From Bdellovibrionales bacterium (lineage in GTDB: Bacteria > Bdellovibrionota > Bdellovibrionia > Bdellovibrionales > Bdellovibrionaceae), in contig JANMPT010000092.1 of assembly GCA_031370005.1 (NCBI GenBank), forward strand, positions 1 to 64,000: a stretch of DNA of 64,000 nucleotides, in the 5' to 3' direction. Made by a program: the position numbers and the translations under genes. The notes below the pieces were generated by a model that made no database searches, was not told where the DNA came from, and saw nothing but the letters and a program-made list of their open reading frames with translations. The stretch's first letter is position 1, and every line of letters starts with the position of its first letter. This document shows, one piece after another, positions 10,942 to 20,798 of this stretch.

Positions 10942-11923
10942 AGATGTAAGTCGTCACCCACTTTCAAAAAAAGGTCAAAGGCAAGTGCCCCCATTTACGG
11001 GGAATGAGCTTTTGTATGATTACATAAGCGGCATCTTAGATGCTGAACGCAAAAAGGCCGTTGAGGCACATCTTGATTCTTCAAGAGAGGCGCAGCTGGA
11101 TTATCAGAAAATTCAGATTGGCCTACAGTATGCAGAAAAAATGAAACAAATCACGGTTTCCCATACGCTTCATGAAAAATTAAGCGCACCGTCTTCTTAT
11201 TTATCGGTTCTCTTTAAAAAATCACGTTTTGATCAATGGCCTGTAGGTTTGAAGTGGGGGCTTGAAGCCCTTGTTGTAGTTTTTGTAATCGTGACTTTTT
11301 TGACAGCGGCTCCTTGGGAAAAAATTATGAAACTCCGTTTTTCAACAGGTACCGGCGATGTGATTTTGACTGAGCTTAATAGAGGACCTGTTGTAAATAA
11401 AAATTATCAGACAAGCCCAGAGGCAATAGAAACTCCACAGTTTGTTGACGAGGGGATTAAAGGTAAGGACTCCGCTACAGCCATTTCTGAATCTGCTCCT
11501 GCAGAGGTAGCGAAGACAACTCCGACGACAGCTGCCGCGAAAAAGGCCCCAGCAAAAGTGGCGGCAACGGCTTCTACAGATGAAGAGGAACCTGGTAATA
11601 CTAGTGGCGAAAGCAGCAAAGCTAGTACTGGTTATTTATATCGAGGACAGATTGCGGTGACGAATCTTGAGGCCGTGGGGCCGAAAATAAAAGAAAAAAT
11701 CATCGAGCTGGGCGGCCGCAAGGCTGGCGAGGTTGAGCTTGGATGGCAGAAAACCCCAGGCTCTGCATACTTTCACTTTACTATTCCAGAAGCTAAATAC
11801 GGTGAGCTCCAGACCTTTCTCTCTGACTACGGAAAGGCTAGAATTAGCAAAGATAAGCATCCGCGAGTGATGCCCGATGGGATTATCCGTTTAATTATCA
11901 CGGTTGATGAAGCAAAGAAGTGA
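10934..11923 (+). CDS. anti-sigma-factor-like membrane protein
   Basis: ELLYDYISGILDAERKKAVEAHL is ZAS/ASD-like; one TM helix, low-complexity linker, C-terminal domain. Confidence 0.65.
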   Translation: MSEDVSRHPLSKKGQRQVPPFTGNELLYDYISGILDAERKKAVEAHLDSSREAQLDYQKIQIGLQYAEKMKQITVSHTLHEKLSAPSSYLSVLFKKSRFDQWPVGLKWGLEALVVVFVIVTFLTAAPWEKIMKLRFSTGTGDVILTELNRGPVVNKNYQTSPEAIETPQFVDEGIKGKDSATAISESAPAEVAKTTPTTAAAKKAPAKVAATASTDEEEPGNTSGESSKASTGYLYRGQIAVTNLEAVGPKIKEKIIELGGRKAGEVELGWQKTPGSAYFHFTIPEAKYGELQTFLSDYGKARISKDKHPRVMPDGIIRLIITVDEAKK

Positions 11924-13878
11924 AGCTCTTAAAAAAAACACCAAAAAGGTCTCTTAGAACCATCTTAATAGTATGGTTCCTACTATTTTCAGTTCTCCCA
12001 TTGGCCTTTGTCACCGGCTACTCAATGATTAAATACGAAAAAGCCTTGGATCGGGAGCTCTCCCAACGCTTGGCTGGGAACGCTCGTGAGATAAGTGTAA
12101 TTTTTAGTGAATACCATGCAGGTCTTCAACAAAAAAGAGACAAATATATTCGTGATCCAAATTTAATTTATCACCTTTCAGTCAGCGATGGCGCCACCAT
12201 TCGCAATATCGCAACCCAGTGGTTGAAGCAGGACTTTGCCTCGAGCCTGACCTTCTTTGCCAGGGATGGACGGATGATAGTAAGCGTGTTTAAAGATGAA
12301 AAGGGTGACGTTAGGAATTTTTCGCCAGTCTCCCAGGCGGTGTTTCTAAACGCAAAATACATTTCAACATTTAAAACTCAAAAAGAAGTGGGCTCCGTAG
12401 AATTCACCTCACAACATAAGACCTCTTTGCTTTTAATTTCGCGCGTAACGAATAGTGCTGGTAAGATCGTAGGATATTTTGAACAAATTATTGATCTGGA
12501 CAAGGGATTTCTGAATCGCTTAAAGGCGCGATTAAAACTAGAGGTTATTTTCTTCAAAGACTCTGGTCAGTTAATGATGGCAAGTCACCCAGATTTTTAT
12601 CTTTATAAAAAAGACTTCTTTGAGCCATATTTTAAGCCAAATCGAGAGCCATTTTTTGATTTGAATATCCGTGCAATGCCTTATGGATTTTTGATTTCAC
12701 CGCTAGATTGGGACCATGCAAAATTTTATGTAGCACTTGGCGCTTCAAAGAGCGAAGCCAAAGAGGTCCTTCGCAATGTGAACTTTGCATTCATATCAGT
12801 AGTTATGGCGATTGTGGTACTTCTTTTTATTACAATTCTTGTTGCCAGCAACTGGGTATTAAAGCCGCTTTATGAATTGGTTGAAGCCTTGCAAAGATTC
12901 GAGACTTCAGAAAACTCTGTAGAAATTCCTGTTAAAAATGACACAGAGATCGGCCTTTTAACGGCAAGCTTTAATGAAATGAGTCGGCGTATTTCTCAGG
13001 CCAGAACAGACTTGAAGAAAAAAATATTTGAATTGGAAGGAACAAATCAAGAGTTGAAAGACACTCAAGCAAAGCTTGTGCACTCGGCGAAGATGATCAG
13101 TCTCGGTCAACTCGTAGCAGGCGTGGCCCATGAGCTGAATAATCCGATCGGCTTTATCTCAAGCAATATGAGCCATTTACGTGACTACTCAGAAAAGCTT
13201 ATTAAACTTGTGGAAACTGCGGAAAAAAACCCAGAAAATCTTCTGACTCTCAAAACAGAACTTGAATATGATTATATCGTTCAAGATATGCCAAAATTGA
13301 TTGCGTCTTGTGAAGATGGGGCCCGACGGACAAAGGATATTGTCTTGGGGCTTCGTAATTTTTCACGCTTGGAAGAAGCGAAACTCAAAGAAATTGATCT
13401 TCACGAATCTTTGGATACCACTTTGAATTTGTTAGCCGGGGAGATTAAAAACCGCGTACAGATTCATAAGCAATATGAGCCAATTCCGTATGTGTCATGC
13501 TACGCAAGCCAGATCAATCAAGTACTGATGAATATACTTTCAAATGCGCTGCATGCCATTGAGGGACCGGGACACATCTGGATTTCGACTGCAGTCATTA
13601 GGGATACAGGCGATAAAAATGGCAATGTCCAGGTCTCGATTCAAGATAGCGGAAAAGGTATAAGGCCAGAGGTTCTCGAAAAAATTTTTGACCCCTTCTT
13701 TACCACTAAAGGCGTGGGACAGGGAACGGGACTGGGTTTAAGTATTTCTTACGGCATTTTACAAAGTCATGGTGGAGAAATTCAGGTTCGATCAGAGGTC
13801 GGCGTAGGCACTGAGTTTGTGATCATTATCCCAGTGTATCCCCCATCGAATCGCCTTACTAAAAATGAGGCTATCTAA
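11920..13878 (+). CDS. membrane sensor histidine kinase (periplasmic sensor, HAMP, HisKA, HATPase)
   Basis: Two TM helices, [14 protein letters not shown] (HAMP), AHELNNP H-box, DSGKGI, FFTTK, GTGLGLS. Confidence 0.93.
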   Translation: MKLLKKTPKRSLRTILIVWFLLFSVLPLAFVTGYSMIKYEKALDRELSQRLAGNAREISVIFSEYHAGLQQKRDKYIRDPNLIYHLSVSDGATIRNIATQWLKQDFASSLTFFARDGRMIVSVFKDEKGDVRNFSPVSQAVFLNAKYISTFKTQKEVGSVEFTSQHKTSLLLISRVTNSAGKIVGYFEQIIDLDKGFLNRLKARLKLEVIFFKDSGQLMMASHPDFYLYKKDFFEPYFKPNREPFFDLNIRAMPYGFLISPLDWDHAKFYVALGASKSEAKEVLRNVNFAFISVVMAIVVLLFITILVASNWVLKPLYELVEALQRFETSENSVEIPVKNDTEIGLLTASFNEMSRRISQARTDLKKKIFELEGTNQELKDTQAKLVHSAKMISLGQLVAGVAHELNNPIGFISSNMSHLRDYSEKLIKLVETAEKNPENLLTLKTELEYDYIVQDMPKLIASCEDGARRTKDIVLGLRNFSRLEEAKLKEIDLHESLDTTLNLLAGEIKNRVQIHKQYEPIPYVSCYASQINQVLMNILSNALHAIEGPGHIWISTAVIRDTGDKNGNVQVSIQDSGKGIRPEVLEKIFDPFFTTKGVGQGTGLGLSISYGILQSHGGEIQVRSEVGVGTEFVIIIPVYPPSNRLTKNEAI

Positions 13879-13907
13879 ACGGACTCTAGGCACAACGTCT
13901 GGGTGAT

Positions 13908-13935
13908 TAAAGCGTACTTCGATATTTTCCGATAA
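13908..13935 (+). promoter_or_regulatory. sigma28-like promoter
   Basis: TAAAG-N15-TCCGATAA. Confidence 0.6.
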
Positions 13936-13954
13936 GTTGTGTATTAGGGGACTT

Positions 13955-14545
13955 ATGGGAAAGCAAAAAAAAGAGGATAGATCTTACCTTCTTGGCTTAG
14001 CGTTGCTATTGCTATCAGGTTTTTTCATCCTTCTTTCTTTTCTTCCTGAAGCAGAAAAAAGCCATGATATTGCCGCTGGCATTGCGCAGACCAAAGAATT
14101 TGAGACAAAAGTAAACAAACATCTTTTTAAAACCTCGCAAACAATTGAAATATCCCGAGAGAAAATGCAGCTGGAGGCTGACCAGCTTGCCAATCATGGG
14201 ATAGGTCCAAGTGTTTCCCAGAAAGAGGATCCTCATCGCTTAGATTTTTCGGCGGATCCAAGAGCCGAGGCGCTGCTTAAAGCTTTGGGTCGAGATGTCA
14301 AAGAGTCTTCTGACCCAACAAACGCAGACGAGGCAGTTCAAGCCGATCTTTTTGAGTCCCAGCAAAACCAGGCATATTCAGAGGCATATAAAAAAGAATA
14401 TGCCCGCCAGTTTGTTGAGAATGCCAAAAAAGCCGGTTATATCATTAAGTTAAGTGATGACTATAAAGTGCTCTCTGTCAGGGCTATTCGCAAGCCCGCT
14501 GTAAACATGGAGCTATTTCAAAGTAAAGGCGGCGGAGTTCAATGA
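13955..14545 (+). CDS. hypothetical membrane-anchored protein
   Basis: N-terminal TM segment; ATG 13955 after AGGGG. Confidence 0.7.
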   Translation: MGKQKKEDRSYLLGLALLLLSGFFILLSFLPEAEKSHDIAAGIAQTKEFETKVNKHLFKTSQTIEISREKMQLEADQLANHGIGPSVSQKEDPHRLDFSADPRAEALLKALGRDVKESSDPTNADEAVQADLFESQQNQAYSEAYKKEYARQFVENAKKAGYIIKLSDDYKVLSVRAIRKPAVNMELFQSKGGGVQ

Positions 14546-14643
14546 AGCGCGGTCTCAAGCCTTGAATATTACAAAGAAGTTTCTAGACTACTAAGATAAA
14601 ATATAAGGTAAAACTAAGTTATTCAAACCAAGGTGGAGGTATT

Positions 14644-15255
14644 ATGAATCGCCTGCTGCAATCTATTACAACTTTAGCAATCTCTGTGATGTTAACTTTT
14701 GTTATCTCCAGCTGTGGACCAAAGGCTTTCGTTAAAGGAGACTATGAAGACCCAGAAAAGGCCAATCTTTTAAATGATAAATGGTCAGAAACAGACATGC
14801 AAACTGCTGTAAAAGATTTAGTCGGCAGCCTCATTGCACATCCAGCAATTAAGGACGCCAAAACCCCTCCAGTGGTGATCGTGACGCAACTTCAAAATAA
14901 AACCAGCGAACATATCGATACACAAAGTGTGATGGACATGGTTCGTGTGGATTTAATGAAAGCAGGCAAGGTGAGCTTCATAGACAAAGAAGCTCGTCAG
15001 GATATCGCTGATGAATATAACTATCAAAACTCTGGGATGGTTGCTAAGGACACTCAAAAAGGTCCCGGCGGTCAAGTAGGCGCGGACTTCATTATCAATG
15101 GTCGCCTGGACTCCATTGTGCAAGAGGTTGGAAAAGATAAAACAATTTATTATAAAGTGACCTTGAATATGACAAATCTTAAGACAGGTATGATTGTATG
15201 GGCCGACAACAAACAGTTGCGTAAGGCGTATAAGAAGAAAACTATTGGTTTGTAA
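14644..15255 (+). CDS. lpoB: penicillin-binding protein activator LpoB-family lipoprotein
   Basis: Lipobox ISSC; QNKTSEHIDT, GADFIINGRL, TGMIVW. Confidence 0.85.
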   Translation: MNRLLQSITTLAISVMLTFVISSCGPKAFVKGDYEDPEKANLLNDKWSETDMQTAVKDLVGSLIAHPAIKDAKTPPVVIVTQLQNKTSEHIDTQSVMDMVRVDLMKAGKVSFIDKEARQDIADEYNYQNSGMVAKDTQKGPGGQVGADFIINGRLDSIVQEVGKDKTIYYKVTLNMTNLKTGMIVWADNKQLRKAYKKKTIGL

Positions 15256-15258
15256 ACT

Positions 15259-16524
15259 ATGACGGACCTCTTGAAAACATCTGTCATTTTGGCAGGGGTT
15301 TTTCTATTTAGTTTAAGCATAATTTCCTGTGCAACATACCAAGGTACTGTTGCGGAGTCTCGCCGGCTGCTCACAAATGGTCAATTTGATGCTGCTGAAA
15401 AAAATCTTGAGCCTTTGGCAAACAAAGAAAATGGAGATCAGTTAGTTTATCTTCTTGATTACTCAGTAGCCCTGGAAATGGGCGGTAAAATTAAAGAAAG
15501 TGCTTTAGCTTTGCAGCGGGCAGATCGCCTTGCAGAACTCCAAGACTACACCTCACTTTCAAGAGAGGCTGGCTCTCTTCTTTTGAATCAAGAAATGGTC
15601 CAATATAAAGGCGATTCTTTTGAAAAAATCTATATCAACGCTTATGCAGCCTTGGACTACTTAGAACTTAATCAACTAGATGAAGCCCTAGTTGAGACTC
15701 GTAGAATGAATGAAAAGTACAACAAACTTAATAGTGAAGACCGCAAGACCTTTGAAAAGAATGTCTTTGGAAAATACCTTTCTGCAATGATTTGGGAGGC
15801 AAATCAAAACTGGGATGATGCCTACATTGCCTATGAAGAAACTTACAAACTAGATCCGAATATTTCATTTTTACCGCAAGACCTCATTCGCTCAGCTAAG
15901 CGTGCACGACGCATGGACATGTACTTGAGTTGGAAAAAAACATTTCCAGAAGTAACAGACAAAAAAGAATGGTACGACAAGAGCTTCGGCGAGCTCATTA
16001 TCATCTACGAACAAGGTTGGGGCCCAAGAAAAACCCAAGTCGGCGGTCAAGGAATTTACGCCGGGGGCTACAATCCACCGATTTTGCAACCGGTTCATAA
16101 CAATATTGTTCAAATGAGCGCAACGATCTCTGGCGTTGGCAGTTTTCAGAGTCAGCAGGTATATAATGTTGAGAAAGCAGCAATTGAAACCCTACAACAT
16201 GACTATGCATGGATGGCCGCAAAACGTATCGGAGCCTTTGCTGCTAAAAATATTGTTGCTGATCAAATTCGTCAAAAAAATGAAGCTCTCGGTACTGTAG
16301 CATGGCTTGCGATGCAATTGTCAGAGCGTGCGGATCTTCGTCAGTGGTCGACCCTTCCTCAAACGGTACAGCTGGTTCGTGTGCCACTGAAAGTTGGAGA
16401 ATATAAAGTACAGCTTCAGGGTCTCGTTGCGGGTGGGGCGGCCAGTGGCGATGAAAAAGATTTTTTAAACGTGCAAATCAAGTCGCAACGGACGACCTTC
16501 CTTCGTTGGCGCACTCTTAAGTGA
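15259..16524 (+). CDS. COG3014-like TPR lipoprotein
   Basis: Lipobox IISC; YKGDSFE, ADLRQWSTLP; adjacent to lpoB. Confidence 0.75.
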   Translation: MTDLLKTSVILAGVFLFSLSIISCATYQGTVAESRRLLTNGQFDAAEKNLEPLANKENGDQLVYLLDYSVALEMGGKIKESALALQRADRLAELQDYTSLSREAGSLLLNQEMVQYKGDSFEKIYINAYAALDYLELNQLDEALVETRRMNEKYNKLNSEDRKTFEKNVFGKYLSAMIWEANQNWDDAYIAYEETYKLDPNISFLPQDLIRSAKRARRMDMYLSWKKTFPEVTDKKEWYDKSFGELIIIYEQGWGPRKTQVGGQGIYAGGYNPPILQPVHNNIVQMSATISGVGSFQSQQVYNVEKAAIETLQHDYAWMAAKRIGAFAAKNIVADQIRQKNEALGTVAWLAMQLSERADLRQWSTLPQTVQLVRVPLKVGEYKVQLQGLVAGGAASGDEKDFLNVQIKSQRTTFLRWRTLK

Positions 16525-16552
16525 CCGTATTGAGACTTAGTAAATGGATAAT

Positions 16553-16583
16553 AAAAAAGGCCCTGATTTCTCAGAGCCCTTTT
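16553..16583 (-). terminator. intrinsic terminator for phaR-like gene, possibly bidirectional
   Basis: Minus strand GGCTCTGA-GAAA-TCAGGGCC followed by TTTTTT. Confidence 0.7.
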
Positions 16584-16614
16584 GAACTACAAAAAGCGTG
16601 TAAAAGATTGGATT

Positions 16615-17166
16615 CTAGTTGTTCAAACTTGGGTTGCTAGAAGGAAGATTTGGAGTTTCCTCTTCGTTCTGCGCACCGGGAAGAACTGTCGCTTTTTCAG
16701 CAGCGGCTTTCGCAGTTGTATCTGGATTGTAACGAGTTGCTGCATTAGCAACACGGTTTTCAAGATTTTGTTTCACGTCATCAGCAGAAGCGCGCTCAAT
16801 ATTTGCAATATTGGCAGCTTGCTTAATCATGTAATCTTGAGGAAATGCACCCAACTTAGCTAGGTAGTTAGAGATGCTTCCATTACCGTTTTGGATAATT
16901 TCGCGCAGTGTAAAAAGAGGAGCATATTGAGACGCCTTCTTTTCAGCTTCGAAAATGATCTGAGTCAAAGTAGCCGCGGTAATGTCATTTTTCGACTTAT
17001 TGTCGATAACCATGACCTCTTCGTTTGTACGAATCATTTTAGCGATATCGTCCAAAGTTACATAGCAACTTTGCTGAGTATCATAGAGCTTTCTGTTTTG
17101 ATAGCGCTTGATAATTTTGACTTTTGAATTTTGTTTAGAAGTCAGTGTTTCATTTTGGTTGATCAA
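16615..17166 (-). CDS. PhaR-like (PHA-synthesis regulator) DNA-binding protein
   Basis: IIKRYQNRKLYDTQQSCYVTL...DIT...LTQII; TTG start after GGAGG. Confidence 0.85.
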   Translation of the reverse strand: MINQNETLTSKQNSKVKIIKRYQNRKLYDTQQSCYVTLDDIAKMIRTNEEVMVIDNKSKNDITAATLTQIIFEAEKKASQYAPLFTLREIIQNGNGSISNYLAKLGAFPQDYMIKQAANIANIERASADDVKQNLENRVANAATRYNPDTTAKAAAEKATVLPGAQNEEETPNLPSSNPSLNN

Positions 17167-17461
17167 AGTGCCTCCCACTGGAAAGTCGACTCGGTTTTAT
17201 TTTTTTTAGAGCCACTATTTATGAACAGTGGTCCCTAACCCCTAATACGTTTCGCCACCGCATTATGTTATCAACTGAAACCTGTTTTATTCGGCCTTTT
17301 GTTGACTCATTTAGCGGCAGTTGGCGGCAACCTAACCTTGCCGCCACCCCTTGTCAAGCGGTCACGCCCTCAAATAAAAAAACGCTATGCAGTAGAAAGT
17401 TTGACAAAAAAACAGAGATTTAAGGCAAATAAAAAATCCCAACTATTCAATGTTAAAGGTC

Positions 17462-17489
17462 TAAAGTTTAGCCGCAAACTAGCCGAAAT
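17462..17489 (+). promoter_or_regulatory. sigma28-like promoter
   Basis: TAAAGTTT...GCCGAAAT (TAAAG-N15-GCCGAAAT). Confidence 0.6.
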
Positions 17490-17526
17490 ACTAGATATCA
17501 CAAACTCTTCGCCGGCGGGTAATTTA

Positions 17527-18009
17527 ATGAAAACTGATAAAAATCAGGTAGTTGAATACAAAAAACTCGGTTTCGTTTTAGGCCTAGCTTGTTTATTGGG
17601 ACTTACTGCAATTCCAAGCTGGATCCGACAAAGGGACGAGGAGCGTATAGTAAGCGCCAAACGTCGTGCGGAGGTGTTGGGCTACCAGATTTTTGAAATT
17701 TATACCGATGCGCAGCAAAATCAATCAAATTCAGAGGCAGCAAGTTCAAGATCGCCGGCTTCTGTAAAAACCGCTGGTAGCGATGCTTTAGGCTTCCATG
17801 ATGCAGGTAGTATCGGAAGTGACCCATGGGGCCAGCCGTATCGCTACAAGATTCTCAGTGCTGCAAATGAGCCACTGAAGATTCAAGTTTGGTCTGCAGG
17901 GCCCAATAAAGCTTTTGAAACTAAGGACGATAGTGGTGTCGGAGCCGACAGCTATACTGGTGATGACGTGGGAATTATCCTGTCATTGAACCATAAATCC
18001 GCAGAGTAG
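17527..18009 (+). CDS. pseudopilin/GspG C-terminal-like exported protein
   Basis: KKLG|FVLGLACLLGL N-terminus; DPWGQPYRY...WSAGPN...GDD. Confidence 0.65.
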   Translation: MKTDKNQVVEYKKLGFVLGLACLLGLTAIPSWIRQRDEERIVSAKRRAEVLGYQIFEIYTDAQQNQSNSEAASSRSPASVKTAGSDALGFHDAGSIGSDPWGQPYRYKILSAANEPLKIQVWSAGPNKAFETKDDSGVGADSYTGDDVGIILSLNHKSAE

Positions 18010-18073
18010 AGTGATTCAAGCCGGACCTAGGTCGCAATTACCTCCAGCCTGACTAATATTTCAGCAATTCTAT

Positions 18074-18101
18074 TTAAGTGCTCACTTGAAGGCTCCGAAA
18101 A
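18074..18101 (+). promoter_or_regulatory. sigma28-like promoter
   Basis: TTAAG-N15-TCCGAAAA. Confidence 0.45.
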
Positions 18102-18123
18102 GTTTAGTGACTAAGGAGTTTTC

Positions 18124-19977
18124 ATGCTTCACCGCTTAACAAGGCCCGTCCTCATCGTGTTAGCTCTACTAACACTTTCAGCCTGTGCAACGCTCCAGGA
18201 TTCGGACAAGGCCACTTACTACGATGCGGCCTTTAATGATAAGAACCGCGCGCCGGCGGCATTCACGCCTCAGCTTCATACCGGTGGTGAAGACACTGTA
18301 ATGACTTTGGACCCCTTCTATCTTAGGACTCAAGCAGATTATTATTTTGCAATGGGTGAAGCACAAAGCCTTGAGGGTAATCATAGCAAAGCAATTGACG
18401 CCTTCAAAATGACACTCATTTACGATCAAGAATCTTCGACGGTGAATATCCGTTTAGCGACAGAGTATTTTAAAACGGCACAATTTACTGAATCCCTGAC
18501 TCAAGCTGAAGAGGCAATTCGTAAAGATCCTAATAACATTGAAGCACGCCTACTTCTTGGTGGACTTTATTTGTCTCTGAAGCTTTTTCCAAAGGCGATT
18601 ACTCAGTACGAATACATACTAAAGGTGCAACCGAATAACGTGGAGGCCCCCGTATATTTGGGAGCCGCCTACACAGAAATCAAACAGTATGATAAGGCAG
18701 TAAAGTTTTTTGATTCTTTGATTAAGAATGAAGACTATGCAACTCCTCACCTTGCTTACTACTATATTGGCCGCGTACGCTCAGAGCAAAAAGGTGTGGT
18801 CTTTCAAAAGGCGGCGGTGGCTGCATTCCAGAAGTCGATTGAATTAAAACCAGACTTCTTGGATGGGTATATCGCCGTGGCCTCCTTTTATATCCAAAAA
18901 GGTCAAGAGGAAAAAGCCCTTGCTCTTTACAAAAAATTTCAAAAGGAGCAAGGCCCTAATTTGAAAGTGGCTGAGATTTTGGCTCAAATGTATGTGGAGA
19001 ACGAGAAGTACGATCTTGCATATGAGCAATATCAAATTCTAGAAAACACAACGGAAGACACCTTGAACATCAAACTTAAAATGGCTTTAATTTTGATTGA
19101 AAGAAAAGAGTTTGTCGCGGCTGCGGCAAAGCTCGAGGACATTCTTCGTGATGCCCCGGAATCTGATAAGATTCGTTTTTATCTGGGCGCTGTATATGAG
19201 GAGACGAAAAGTCTAGATAAAGCGATTGCACAATTTAAAAAAATTCAACCAACGAGCCAATTCTTTGGTGAGGCAATGGTGCACGCGGCTTATGCAATGA
19301 AAAATGAAGGTCGATTGCACGACGCTGTGGGGCTTGTCGAAGGAGCCTTGAAGGAGCGCAAGGACCAAGCGCAGCTATATGCGATGTATGCGTCCCTGTT
19401 GGATGAAAGTGGTGACTACAATAAGGCGATTCGAATGCTCACAGACGCTGTTGAGAGGTTTCCAGAGAGCGCACAGTTGAGATTTTACTATGGAACGCTT
19501 TACGACCGCACAGGAAAAAAAGATCGCGTAGTTACAGAGATGAAAAAAGTTTTAGAGCTTGATCCCAAGCATGCTCAGGCGATGAACTATCTTGCGTTCA
19601 CATGGGCTGAAGGCAATACAAATCTGGGCGATGCCGAGAAGATGGCTCGTAATGCTTTGGCGATTGAATCTAAAGATGGTTACATCATGGATACTCTAGG
19701 GTGGATTCTTTATAAACAAGGTCGATTCAACGAAGCAGTTAAGGTGCTAGAGGCCGCCTTTAAATACCAATCTTCAGTGAGTATTATTGCGGAGCACTTA
19801 GGTGATGCTTATTACAAGCATCAAATGGTTGAAAAAGCTAAGAGGATGTATATAAAAGCGGCTGACCTGGAGTCAGACACTAAAAAAGTTGAAGTTATTA
19901 AAGCGAAAATTACGGCGATTGAAAAACAGCAGGTTCCTGTTGAGATGCGTATGCCTGCGTCGACGCAGGGGCGATAG
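18124..19977 (+). CDS. TPR-repeat lipoprotein
   Basis: Lipobox LSAC; many TPR units; NYLAFTWAE, DTLGWILYKQG, EHLGDAY. Confidence 0.9.
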   Translation: MLHRLTRPVLIVLALLTLSACATLQDSDKATYYDAAFNDKNRAPAAFTPQLHTGGEDTVMTLDPFYLRTQADYYFAMGEAQSLEGNHSKAIDAFKMTLIYDQESSTVNIRLATEYFKTAQFTESLTQAEEAIRKDPNNIEARLLLGGLYLSLKLFPKAITQYEYILKVQPNNVEAPVYLGAAYTEIKQYDKAVKFFDSLIKNEDYATPHLAYYYIGRVRSEQKGVVFQKAAVAAFQKSIELKPDFLDGYIAVASFYIQKGQEEKALALYKKFQKEQGPNLKVAEILAQMYVENEKYDLAYEQYQILENTTEDTLNIKLKMALILIERKEFVAAAAKLEDILRDAPESDKIRFYLGAVYEETKSLDKAIAQFKKIQPTSQFFGEAMVHAAYAMKNEGRLHDAVGLVEGALKERKDQAQLYAMYASLLDESGDYNKAIRMLTDAVERFPESAQLRFYYGTLYDRTGKKDRVVTEMKKVLELDPKHAQAMNYLAFTWAEGNTNLGDAEKMARNALAIESKDGYIMDTLGWILYKQGRFNEAVKVLEAAFKYQSSVSIIAEHLGDAYYKHQMVEKAKRMYIKAADLESDTKKVEVIKAKITAIEKQQVPVEMRMPASTQGR

Positions 19978-20024
19978 TCATTAATACTTGTCAAATCTAA
20001 ATGTGCTTCATTATCCTTGTGGTC

Positions 20025-20660
20025 ATGAGGCATTTGTTTTTCTTTCTTATTACAAGTTTTCTTTTAACCTCCTGTGGTACTCACCCATCTAAGTCGACGT
20101 CTTTTTCTGAAGGTCTTCTTCAAAAGGAAAAGTGGGAAACCAAAGCGGTCATTCGCGATCTAAAGGCAAATAAAGCTCATACTGTGGATATTGATATTCT
20201 AGGGGATTATCCAAGGAAGCTACGTATGGATGTTTGGGCTCTAATGGGAGTTCAGGTTGCAAGCCTCATCTTGAACGACGATGAGGTTCGCTATGCGATA
20301 TATCCACAGAAGAAATTTTTTCAAGGTAAAGCCAGCGAAGGTTCTTTTTTACCCTTGATGAATATGCCACTTCACCCTCGTAACTTTATGAGTATCGCCT
20401 ATGACATTCCTATAAAAGGCATTGGCTGGAACTGTGTCAGAGGGGCCGACAATTTACTTACTGAATGCAATCAAGCAAGCCGTGGGATCAAAGTTCAGTG
20501 GTCTGACCGAACCCCCGAGGGACAAAAGAAAGTACTTATAACTGCGCCCTCGTTCGAGATGAGATGGCTGTTTAGGCCCCCCCAGACCGAGGTCCAGTTT
20601 AAAGATGAAACGTTTCTACTCGAGACACCTTCAGGATTCAAAACAATACAGCTCAAATAA
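20025..20660 (+). CDS. LolB/DUF4292-like lipoprotein
   Basis: Lipobox LTSC; beta-rich; sits after the TPR gene, as in the TPR-lolB order. Confidence 0.55.
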   Translation: MRHLFFFLITSFLLTSCGTHPSKSTSFSEGLLQKEKWETKAVIRDLKANKAHTVDIDILGDYPRKLRMDVWALMGVQVASLILNDDEVRYAIYPQKKFFQGKASEGSFLPLMNMPLHPRNFMSIAYDIPIKGIGWNCVRGADNLLTECNQASRGIKVQWSDRTPEGQKKVLITAPSFEMRWLFRPPQTEVQFKDETFLLETPSGFKTIQLK

Positions 20661-20798
20661 ACAATAAGAGCTAATGCCTGAAACTTTATTAATCAGTTTC
20701 TAACCATCTTAGATTGAGATAGCATCATAAATAGAAGGGTTCCCCTGGAACCTCTAGAGCCACTGGATCGTGGAGCAACTCTTCACAAGGAGTGTACT

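Noticed and set aside
17299..17526. N-terminal extension of ORF 17299..18009
   Set aside because: Contains the sigma28-like promoter; ATG 17527 gives a sensible export signal.
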